This document shows positions 22,496 to 34,243 of a stretch of DNA of 64,000 bases, in pieces. Under the pieces are notes generated by a model. That model saw only the letters and a program-made list of their open reading frames with translations, had not been told where the DNA came from and did no database searches. Source of the DNA: Harriotta raleighana (taxonomy: Eukaryota); the NCBI GenBank assembly GCA_050575255.1, contig JBNZDD010013718.1, forward strand, positions 3,848,540 to 3,912,539. Direction: 5' to 3'. Every line of letters starts with the position of its first letter. Positions within the stretch are counted from its first letter, which is position 1. Both the position numbers and the translations under genes were made by a program.

Positions 22496-25400
22496 TTTCA
22501 CATACCAACATTTCACCTGACTGGAATAAATTGTAAAAGTACCATGCAGTGTTAATTTATTCCTCTTTTTCATACAACCCATTCAGAATTGAAAGAAACT
22601 TCCTCTTTAGGTAGAACTGTAATGTTCGTTGATTTGAAATTGGTGCCATTCATCTAAACCTGAAAGTGAACATGCAAAATGGTTTCAGTGGTTTTCTAAG
22701 TTTAATTGAAAGAGATCTTTGACTTCAATTAGATTTGGCCCTTAAATTTGCCTACAAATACACGTTAGTTACACTGTTCAATAAATCACCCTGAAACATC
22801 ATCCTGGTATGAAAGATGTCGTTTCAAATCAAAGGATTAATTATTAGTATTGTTATGTCCTTCAAGGGATTATGGCTGGTATGCCTATGCAATGGTGCTT
22901 TCCTCATTATAGATATACTCTGGCAGATCACTGAATTTGACCAGTGGAATTTCTGCTCCTTAGAACACTTCTAGTCAAGAGACTGCTCCTGTTGCTTCCA
23001 TTGTAAAAGTATTTAATCAGTCAAATGGCAGATCTACTGCATCCACCCATATTGTTGAGCTCAATGACAGATTTGCAGTTTGCTTTGACAGACCTAAAAC
23101 ACAATCTTCATCATTTAATAGTGTATCAAGAGGCCAAAAGTGCATTATTACATTTTTTTCACAGACTAGGACAGGCCACTCAACAGAATGTGAAGACAAA
23201 CTTGAACTGTCCTCACCTAGCATAGAGACACAAAATCCAGCACCTTCGCAATGGGTTGCAGATAAACAATCAGAATGGGTTGGGCGGAGAGTGGGGGCAA
23301 GGGCCTGCTTGATATTTCCTTTTTTAATCTGGGCAATGTGGCCAATTGTCACATTGCCAGCACATTGCCAATAGTCCTGCCAGCTTTTCAAGATCATATA
23401 CCAGCATTGACATGACATATTCCAACCTGTATGACTCAGCTACTCACTGGATAAATTTACTGAATCTGAGCGGGAGACACCTGATTTTTCAATAAAAACC
23501 AATCTAAATCTCTGGTAGACTTATCAACCTGACAATCTCGGCAAAGCAAACATGGCTGATGAACTTGCTGATTGTTTTTTCCCTTGCCTTCTGATCTTAA
23601 GAGTTCTCTGAAAAAATAGTGAAGCACTCTGGTCTGTTGATTGTAATCCATGCTTTACATAGGGTTTGTGTTTGATTCAAACCAGGTGAAATCTGTACTT
23701 AATAAAATCAGGAATGCTAGGCACTAAAGGGCAATGGCACTGAGTTTCAGTGTCAGCACAAATTACACATATGAATATCAGGTACATGGCAAATGCAGGT
23801 GCAAGCAGTCATTGAACAAAGAAAAAGATGCAAAACATTAACATCAGCACAATTTTTTGGGGGGGCGGGCGTTAGTGTCAGCCGGGTGTCTGACACATGT
23901 AGAAAACCATCACCACACTTAACAGTATCCAAACCAGACTGAGAGTTCCACATGTGTACAGCCCCTCCACGTGGAAATTTCTCTGTATCTGAAATGGAAT
24001 ACACACTGTCATCCAGGAGCAATATACTCTGCTTACCTGATTCTGGAGAGTTCTAGAGTCCAGATTTGCAAGAGTGAAGGCTCGGTCACCCCACCGAGCC
24101 TTGCTGAAGATTAAGCAACTAAAACCGCATAGCTTACTGTTGAGAGCACTATCTTGAAATCTTTGTTCTGCCAATTTAGCTGAGAGAACTAGTAAGGCTT
24201 TATCTTACAGGTTTAATAGGAACCAATTGGGAAGAATCCCTGTTCCCAGTTTGCTCCTCCAAATCTCGCCAATAGACATCCATCATCAGACTGGTCCATC
24301 ATAAGCAGTGCTCTGGAATACTGGTTTAGGAGCTGGACTACTAAAAACCATCACAGAGGGTTTACCCAACTCTGACATTCTGTATTGTTTTGATGCATAG
24401 TATTTTGCTTTGATTGAGAATCTACCAAATTCATCAAGGCAGCTTTAACTTTAAAGCTGAATTGAGCACTCTGAAACAATATGGCAGCTAAGGCCAAATT
24501 GGGCTTAATCACCCACTTAAGAACAAGGAGTTCCACCTCTGAGCCCAATCATGTGGGCCTTCACTGGTGCTTTCAGTACTGTTTTGTTTCAGTTTTTTAA
24601 CATTGTGAAGCTGTTTCGCCACCAAACACCAGAACTTTCAATTTGATAAAGATAGCATTCAACCAGATTGTTATTTCCTTCCAGGCCTGCGTCCTGGCAT
24701 GTGAGTTGCAAGCGTATGTGTGTGGGAGAGGAAGAGAGTGCTTCCAGCTCCCATGCTGAGGATTATTGCCCTTCTGAACAATACCTCCTGTAAATCAAGG
24801 CAGCTTCAATGCCTGCAAAACACACACCGCTGCTATAGACCAGAGACTGCTGTGCCTCTGTGTGTTCCAGAGCTGTGCAACTTGCACAAAAAATTATCGT
24901 ATTTAAGGCCCTGACAGTCAACATCAAGAAACTTATTCCCTCTTGTTGCTTAAATAAAGAAAACACCTACAGTGACCAAGCAAGAGTTCTTTCTGCCAAG
25001 TTAATGCTATGATGAAAATGTTAATTTAATTGCCTCCCAATAACAAGGTTTTTCCAGTTTGTTGGACTATATTTCTTTTGGTCCTTTGTGCTTGCTAGGA
25101 TTAGTCGAAGGGGATGCCATGTGGACAATGGTAAATGGAATCACCTCTGGTAGCCTAATTTTTTTTCAGAAAATGACTCCTTTCATTTCAACTCTCTCTT
25201 CTCTGTGATTAACCATTCTAGTAGGAGTGTGGAATGAAGTTCAGAATGGACACACTCATTGTGCTCAGAAACAAACAGCAGCAGGTTTTTTTTCCTGGCA
25301 TTTCACAGTGTGAACGGGCTTTGAACATTCTTGGTCTTTTAGTCAGATTTCAGCTTGAATTCCTCTGTGCGTTTAAGGGTTTTGGGTCCCAACAACAACT

Positions 25401-27814
25401 ACAATTTCCATTTATATACTGGCTTACACACTAGGAGGACATTTCAAAGCCCTTTACACAGTTGAATGGGCAACCAGAACATGGGGAGCTGGGAAGGTTG
25501 GGAAAGAGGGGTATGACAGCAGGTTATACATCGTTTGAAATTTTGGGAATACTGAATCAGTTCATAAAGACAAAGAACCTACTGGGGCCAGCCATCCAGT
25601 TTAACACTAGCTTTCTTTTGACTGACTATGCATACAATATAAGGAATAATTTAATATATAATGCAATGTGCAACATACTGATCCAAGTAGTCATGCAAGC
25701 AAGCAATATAAAATACCTAAACAAAAAAAAAGCAGGCATTGATGGATGGGTGTCTACGGGTGACTGAAATTGCTATGGAGAGATTAAAAGTTAAAATTGT
25801 ACAGTGCAAACGAAACATGACAGTAAGAGCATTATATTTTTTCTATAACAAGCTGGACTTACTGCAGTATCATGACATGATTAATTCCCGCCATTCATCT
25901 TAGTGACTCCGGTGTAAATGGAATAGTGTCTGAACACTCCTATCAATGCAGCTGATCAATACAAGGTTCAAGAGTGTTAGCAGTCAATAACATCATTTTT
26001 TCTTACATCACAAGTGGTCATTTGTCTGTTGAAAACCACGTTCCATCCAATGCCTTTGTCTCAACTCATTTTCAAAGGGCAAAGACCACTGCCACTTGTC
26101 CCACTGATGATTGTTCTTTGGACTTTTAGTAGGAAGTCAATTCCTAATTCGCTAGAGCATCAGTTACTTTCCAGAACCCAGGAGACATTAAATTATTTTA
26201 GATTTTTCCTCAGTGCATGAGGAACATAAAGGATTTTTTTTTAAAAAAAAGGTCAATACCTTTGTTGTAGCCACACGACATAACTCAGTTGGACTGAGTT
26301 AACTTAATTAGACTGTGCAATTATTTACAACATATGGCAGCTAGGTTAAAGAAGCAAACCACGGATCACTTGTAAATTCTTATCTTAATTGATATCCGAT
26401 TCCAGAAACGGCAATAATCTTCCACCATGTAATTTTAGAGTGTCACATCATTGATTGACAACTCTTACATAGCAACAATCCTGATAATGAAATAGATAAC
26501 ATCATTTTTACACCTGGCTAAAGTTGAACTACTATTGTAAAGGAACATTGGAAATGAGAAGATCCACTGCAAAAGATGCAATAAATGTATCATGCAGTGT
26601 GTTTAAGATGATTGTCACAAGGGAAGGAATAAATGGAATACACCATCCCTGGTGAGATAATATAGCTCAACCTCTATGAGTAGAATCCAAGTGCGATTTC
26701 AAATGGTTCCTGGCAGAATATACCTTGTATCTAACAACAAATTGTTACTATCCACATGTGAAAAATACACTGAATCCTCACACCTAGGAGCTCTTGTGGA
26801 AGTGGCATTACTTAATATCATGCACTAAAACTATGTGTTAAAATGTTTCCAAAATTGGAGAGAAAGTAAGCATAATTTGTTACTTTTCATTCCATTTTTG
26901 GTCTCATTATACTTCCAATGCTTATTGGTAGATGAACAATGCTTAAAAAAAAGTCTCATCAGCTCCTTGCATGTTTGAATGTTTGAAGGTAAATACTTTG
27001 GAAGACAATATATTCTGTAATGATTTAACAAAAAGATTTAGTACAAGCAATTGATAAAATTTCTAATGATATAACAATCGTTGAGAACATGTTATTTGAA
27101 TTCTTAGGATGCCTACTTGCTCACTCATCCATTTTCTTGCATTTCTTATTAGTTGCTGTTTGGAACAGGTGAAGTATTAACTTAACAATCAATAAAATAC
27201 CCCTGAGTACATGCTTAGGACATTAAGGTTAATGTGATGGACAATACGTTACGCCAATTTGCTCAAAAAATCTGTCAATATTTTTATTACGAGTTTGCTT
27301 ACAGTTTCACAGCATTTAAACGGGGATTACATTCTAGACTACTTAATAGCTTTCTTTCCATTGGCTGTTTTAGTGGAATATACAACTGGAATAGTGCTAT
27401 TAGAATATAAGTATCTAGAACTGTGCAGGGAAAAAACACTTGATTATCTACATTCCAGACAACTGGACATTCTCTCTGGTGGGATTATCCACAGAAGAAA
27501 CCTCTAAAGATTCTTCCATATAGAATTACATGATGAAATAATTGGAAGAATATTTGCCGACTCGTTTATATTAAACAATGACAACAACAACTTTGATTTA
27601 TATAGCGCCCTCCATGCCAGATGGCATCTCAGAGTGCTTCAAGTACACAAACAAGGTACGATACTTTCAGTTTAAGCAGTACACAAGACATCTGCAGAGT
27701 TGTTCTCTTTCTACTACCAGAAACCTGTGTCTGAACCTAACCAAATTATCAAGTCTTAATCATAATAATTTATTCAGTACAGTGGTTCAGATAATAAAAT
27801 GAAAATGTAGTACT

Positions 27815-28075
27815 GTAACTCCCACATGGTCAAAATGAGTAAATACACATTGTGCTGCAGTGTGGAGCCAAACAGCCTAAGAAGCTCGCAGGTTTCACCC
27901 TTGTTCCGTGGTGCTGTGTTAAATGTTTTCATTCGGGAAACCAGGGCAGGCAGTGTGGTTGACCCAGTCTGGAGAGGTGAAAAGCTGAACCAAGATTACC
28001 ACTCCTGATCATTATCCTGTGTGTTAATGCTGGGCAAGAACCAGGCTTTGAGGCTCCCCATAGGAGCCCACAGCA
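27815..28075 (+). mobile_element. AmnSINE2-like ancient tRNA-SINE relic
   Basis: Blocks GAGTAAATACAC..GTGTGGAGCCAAACAGCCTAAGAAGCTCGCAGGTTTCACCC..GTGCTGTGTTA..GAAAAGCTGAACCAAGATTACCACTCCTGATCATTATCC occur in the order of the recalled AmnSINE2 consensus; family name from memory. Confidence 0.5.
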
Positions 28076-28654
28076 GATGTCAGGTCCTTCAAACCTGTTA
28101 AATAAACTACCACACACTATCTTGGCTCACGCAAGAATAGAGACCAAGGTACGGCAGAATTATTGTTGAAGTATTGTCCCAGGAAAGTCGCTGCCTTCAG
28201 AAAAGGGAAATAAACATGCAGAGCCACTGTTCTGATCAGACATTCCTGTTTTAAAACACAACCGCATGGAAAATGCAATGACCATTGATTTCATAAGAAC
28301 ACTCAACAAGCAAACTGATTGTCTGCAAGAAAGAGAGAAACTAATGAAGTTCTGAAACTTAATTGAACCGGGAATGTTGGTTTGTAACCAATTATGGGTA
28401 AAATAGCTCATAATGAGCAGGTGCCACTTCTCACAGTTCCGAATGTAATCTTGCCGAACAGGATGTTATCCCTTCCCAGAATGCAAAAAATTAATTCAGC
28501 ATATTTAGAGCTTTTTAATCACAGAAACCGAAGAACATTTAACTGGAGCTTTTAGGGGCAGGGGAACCTGAAAACAAGGTAGAGTATTTGCAGATTGGAT
28601 TCTCTTTCCTTTCCCGTTGGCTACATTTCAAAGCTGCAAAAATGAACATGTGAC

Positions 28655-28800
28655 TTTTCAACTGCACCTTCGGTCCCACCCTCCCTGCCCTCCGCTCCTC
28701 CTCATCCCAACCCCCAGTTTGGGTCCAAATCCCAGGCTGTCCAGCATCTTGAGATGTCCTCCCGATATGAAAGACACTGTACAAATATAATTTGTTGCAT
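28655..28800 (+). mobile_element. L2 3' end
   Basis: C-rich UTR then GAGATGTCCTCCCGATATGAAAGACACTGTACAAATATAATTTGTTG. Confidence 0.75.
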
Positions 28801-28914
28801 ATTAACTATCTTAGATTGATGTAACAACAAAATTACAAATACAGTATTGCCTTTCACATCAGGACGACATTCCAAGGTGCTGGATGCCCTCTAGTTACAC
28901 ACTCACTGACCAGT

Positions 28915-29095
28915 TGAAATAATTTCTCCCTATTGACCTTTATCAAATACCCCTCATAATTTTAAAGACCTCTATCAAGACAACTCTCAACCTTCTTTGT
29001 TCCAGTTCCTCTAATATCCTTTTGTAGGCCAAACCACTTGACCCCGGTAACATCCTAGTATATCTCCTCTGATACACTCACTCTATCACCTTGTT
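28915..29095 (-). mobile_element. CR1 ORF2 fragment
   Basis: CCCTCATAATTTTAAAGACCTCTATCAAG..CTCAACCTTCTTTGTTCCAG..CCGGTAACATCCTAGT is the reverse complement of CR1 'RMLPG...LEQRRLRxxLIEVFKIM'. Confidence 0.8.
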
Positions 29096-30889
29096 TCCCA
29101 CTAAATGCCTGCTCCTGCTGACTCCATACTTACTGCCTTCAGCTTTACTGGAACAACCGGATCACATAAGAAAAAATATAGTTCCACAATATTTGTGTGG
29201 GCCATGATAATGTCAAACATGATAACAGCCTGTGTTGGCTTGAAAGTGGGAAGCAATATAGCACAAATGATATTAGAAGAAAATCAAATTTTTTATAATT
29301 TATTAATTTGACCCACTGTTGCTGGACACATGAATCACATCAAATTGCATTTCACAATAAATATGTCTGACCTTATTTGTAGCAACCTATACATTGTTAC
29401 GCACTCATTCTTAGTAGAATTGTCTCTGATTTGGGATGTCCTCCCGACGTGAAAGGCACTCTATAAATGTAATTTTGTTGTTGTTGTTGTATTTTTTGTT
29501 GTTGTTTGCCATTTTATTGCACAGAGCTGAAAATGATAACAGTGGAAGGATTTCTTTTTTTTAGTAGGTTTTATTTTTACAGAATTAAACAATATCCGTG
29601 AAGTTCACTGTAGACTGTTTTCTTATTTAGGTTTGATTCTCTTCTCATTTAGGTTCCTTGTTTGTAAACTGAAAGAGTTTTAATATAGAAAATCCTCAGA
29701 TGTGTTATATACAAGCATTCTGATTTGTGGTATTATGCTGTGAGAGAGAATAGAGGGTTTTGTTCTATTCTTTGGCATCCTTGTGTAAGGAGTGGGCCTT
29801 TCATTCTCTCTTCTCTCCTGCACTCAATAGTGCCAGCATTAACTGTGAACTGCTAGCTGAGAAGCCCTTTGATGTGGGTCCTACTCATTGCTACAGATGG
29901 ACCCTCATTGGTGGGTGATACGAGAGAAATAAGGGCATGTGTGGGAGAATATGGGATGAAAGAAGGACCAGCCGCGAAGCCACAATTTGAACAGAACTCT
30001 GCCTGTTCATTCTTCCAACCATGGCTTGTGATTTTGGAGGGTGAGGCATAGTATAATCCGTCAGATCTCCGGGCTGACTGGGAAAAACCCCTTTCTACAT
30101 AAAACAGCTATTGTTCCTTTTATCTGGAATGAGCAGCCAAGGGTAGAGTAATAAGGCCATGTTTTCATTTTCATTTTTTTTATGTACTAGGAATAAAGAA
30201 GGTTTCGAATAAAGGCATATGTGACTAGTGGAGTTCATAGGAACAGCTCATCGTAGAGGCTTTCACACCGTAACAGTTTGGCAGTGCGTTGTACTTAACT
30301 GTTCAATGCAAGTCGAAATAAAGTACAGCGGAGGCAAATTTAAAGGACTTCATGTAAACCCAACATACATATTAAGAGAATGATAGTCTTCTAACACCTT
30401 CTCTAACACCTTCGCTTCCCTCAAACTGGACAAATGATTCATAATTTTTTACAACATACGAAGTGAGATATGCAAAACTAGCAACTAGCTTGTTGCTAAG
30501 ATTGCTCATAAATAATGCAAAAGCTAGTTAGGTAAAAATTGTTTATGTCCTGTTACAATCTGAGGGTTTTGAATGAGGTGCACAGCGTGCAGTGTGAAGA
30601 TAGGCATCTTTGTGTTTCGTGCTGGATATGTAAAGTTTGTAGCTTTAAAAGTTTTGAAACATCCTGCAACTTTATGAAGCAATTCAGAAATGTTTTTTGG
30701 GGGCTAAGATTGCTCCCACTAGTTGCCTCCTTATTGTGTGTAATACGATAGAGAATGGGTAACAAGGTAGGAATGTAACCAAGTGACCCAGCCATAAACT
30801 ATGACAACGTTGATTTATGGTCATCATCTGGATTCCCCCAATCCTCTGTTACCATTACTCCCCAGCATTGCTTATTTCTCTTGATAAGA

Positions 30890-31195
30890 ATAACACTTAC
30901 ATTTGAAATAAGTGCCTTTCATGTCGGGAGCACTTCTCAAATCGCTTCACAGAATTTACTTCAAAATGTAGTGGCTGCGTATTAGTAGGTGGCTCATTTT
31001 TGCACAGCAACATTCCACAAACAACCATGAAATGATTAAGCAATTTTATCTGGGGGATTGTTGGGGAGTATTGGTAACAGAGGATTGGGTGAATTGGGGG
31101 ATTGTTGGCCAGGATACTTGGAGAAACTGCCTTGTCTTTTCAAGTTGTGCCACGGGATGTTTAACAATCCACCTGAAGAGGCAAATGTCTCAGTC
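30890..31195 (-). mobile_element. Deu-SINE body and tail
   Basis: GCCTTTCATGTCGGGAG..TTTGCACAGCAACATTCCACAAACA..GTGCCACGGGATGTTTAACAATCCACCTGAAGAGGCA. Confidence 0.75.
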
Positions 31196-32933
31196 ATAGA
31201 ACCTTTTTACATTTTATAATTATCTTTTCAGGGTCAGATGTGATCAAAAGTGATGCACTGAATATAGTTTTTAAATTAAGAAATGGAACCATTCGTATGT
31301 TAACATGGAATAATTACGTCACGTATCATTAGAGAAGGATGAAATAATGGAAATAATTTGCTATTCAGAGCTGCAAGAATAAAGAGCCTTGTGATATATT
31401 ATATGGCACATATAATTCAAAATAAAGAATATATTATCTGCTCGATCTATGCTTACCAAGCCAGTTTTGACATGCAAAAATAAAAAGAGTAATGTAACCC
31501 AAATTCGCACTCATCAATATGGCAGACTCTTCCACAATGCATAAGGGGATTTACATACACACACAAACACACACACACCTTCTCAAATGATATGCTTTGA
31601 CTTTCAGTGTTAAAAACATTTAGGATACATAAAGGTCCAAAATGAATGCTGGCATTATTGGTTAAGTAATAATCACTGTACCAAAAAGTGGACACCTACT
31701 GTCATTTGCATATATGTTTTCCCAAGACAATGTAGATAAAAAAATAAACAGAAAAACGTGTCTCATGGGTGAATAAATACTCATTAAGTGTTTTCTCTAC
31801 ATGCCTGAAGTTCGACTGAAGTCAATTATTTGCTTATAACATGTAGCTTCAGGAAAGCCTTGCAACATAGATTTATGAATAAACACATTGCAGAGCGCTG
31901 TAGAAATAGGGACCACAAAAAGATAACCCAGATGTGTAAATGCTCACAAAAATTCAAGGCAGGCATGTTCAATTGTTCATTAAGCCTGCTCTGAACTCAT
32001 CTCTGTGCAGTAAAACAATAAATGAATATCAATTTGAACCTCGTGTAAAGCAGCCATTGTTTTGATGACTAAATTGTGAGTGGGTTGTTTAAAGTACTGT
32101 TCTCATCAGCATTGGCGCATGTCTTTCTTAAAAGTGCTGTCGTGCTATCCTTGAGGCAAACCAGATGTAGTCAGCCTCATAATCATTTCATAATATGCTG
32201 CCTTGATTTTTAATGTTGTTTCCACCTTCGAAATTTTGTGCTGACCAATGCAAACACCAGTTGTTAAGAGAATGACCTTCTGTAAATTAGGGGCAGAGTT
32301 CAGGTGACAGAGGGCAGAGGTGACTTAGCTATATAAGGATGGCAGCCTTGTTTGCTGTTTTAGGTGACCTTCCCTGAGTACGTGTGAGCACTGTGTTTGA
32401 TTCTATTAGTACCAGTATGGATTCAGCACAACCAGAGGCGAAAGGGGTCACTGGCATGAGTGTTGGGAAGCAGAGAAGGATCCATAACTGCTTACAGACC
32501 TGCTCTGGTGGCAATGCCTTTGACATGTTTTCTAACAAACAGTTCACATGTATTCCCTGAACCTCGAGGGTATGATATTCAAGAGCTGCTGGGAAACTGC
32601 TGCCTTTGTTTTAGTCATCAATTATTAATTCACTTCTTACATTGCATATTAACTCCTCATACTGCATAAGATATTAATTTTACATAATTGGCAGTCATTC
32701 ATAAGTTGGGTAAATATCCCAGCAACCTAGAGATATAGGACCACAACAATGCTTGATGAGGTTTAAATATCTTACTATTAGTCCATGAAGCTATAAGTAT
32801 AAGTATAATATGATAATGACACATACTGTCCCCCAACATATTGGTGTAGAGAAGGTTTCATTGCATCTTCTAGATTCTGGTGGTTACCTTAATATTTCAA
32901 GCGCAAGAGATTAAGACAAAAACATTTCAGGTC

Positions 32934-33104
32934 AATAATAATGATAATTATTAATATATAATTAATGATATAATATATAATGATAATAATAAATAATAAT
33001 GAAACATGTATANAATAATAATGATAATTATTAATATATAATTAATGATATAATATATAATGAAAATAATAAATAATAATGAAACATGATAATGAAACAT
33101 GTAT
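32934..33104. repeat. AT-rich ~80-bp block duplicated across an N (assembly overlap)
   Basis: 32934-33012 is repeated at 33014-33104 with one substitution and an extra 13-bp unit; N at 33013. Confidence 0.9.
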
Positions 33105-34128
33105 AATAATGGCAACTTCATATCTTAAAAAATGCTGTTTACATGCATTAAAACTGGAAAGAATCCTGATTTAATTTGTTATATCGTATTCTGTTTCTGT
33201 CATCAGTGATATTCTTGTCACTCCACATCTTTGATGTATTTCAATGTTCCTTTTACTTTCACTTTCATCATGTTTCTACCTCAAATACTCCATTCTCTGC
33301 TATCCTGAAATCACCTTCAAAGCCATTCTCCAGGCTACTGCTTCTGCCTTTACCCCTATGCACTCCTCTTGGCTTTCATAGAGGCAGTGTGACAATTTTA
33401 GCATTTCCTGAACCATTTGTCTTCATTGTTATTGTTCAAGAACTTCCAATAATCTATTTTACAACACTTTCATCCCATTGAGAGTAAAGATGGTAGATTC
33501 GGGCACAGTGAAAAAATGGGAGAATGGTTCCAGGCAGGAGTGAGTGTTTATGCGCTCGTAAATGTTTAAACAAAGACTGATAGAAATATTATACATTAAA
33601 GGAAAGTACCTTAAAATGATGATTGGGATACAAACACTATTCAAGATGCTCATTCAATAAGAGTATTTGCTTGGGATAGAACAATCATAGTGAGGTGTTT
33701 CCATTAAGCTTCTTGACACTGTAATCTTCCTACCTTAGCACATGAGCATCCATGAAAAGATAATATGAACATATAGGAACAATTAATACATTAACAAAAA
33801 CACAACACACTCTTCTTAGAAAAGTTAATCTTGATTAGATTGAGCAAGACAATTTCTGTATTTCCCTAAATCCAATAACACATAGCATTGAACCAATGAA
33901 TTTAATGCTGAGGATCCTTTGAATCTCAGAATCTCTTCACTTGCAGTTTGGAATGTTATCCTTAGAGGTGACAGATGTATGGTTCCTATCAAGTACCACA
34001 GACCTTTCTGTCAGTTTCTCATGCAACTACACAGAGTGACATGCAGGATTACTGATTTGTTAAAATTTCAAATCTGCCACTAGATCTAGGATTATGTTTG
34101 ATTACCTTCTTTACTTCACATTTGAATG

Positions 34129-34243
34129 CAGGTTCCTGTAGCTCAGTGGTTAGAGCACTCGCCTCACCAGCAAGATTCCTGGGTTCGATTCCCAGCAGGG
34201 CAAAACCTTAGGCAAGTTTCCTTATTACTATTATTATTATTAT
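34129..34243 (+). mobile_element. Well-preserved tRNA-derived SINE head with (TTA)n end
   Basis: A-box TAGCTCAGTGG (34139-34149), B-box GGTTCGATTCC (34182-34192), then the SINE-specific CAAAACCTTAGGCAAGTTTCCTTA shared with 15712-15820 and 1505-1580. Confidence 0.85.

Noticed and set aside
34131-34203. Functional tRNA gene
   Set aside because: The acceptor stem does not pair well, the anticodon stem has a mismatch, and the 3' flank is SINE sequence shared with other decayed copies.
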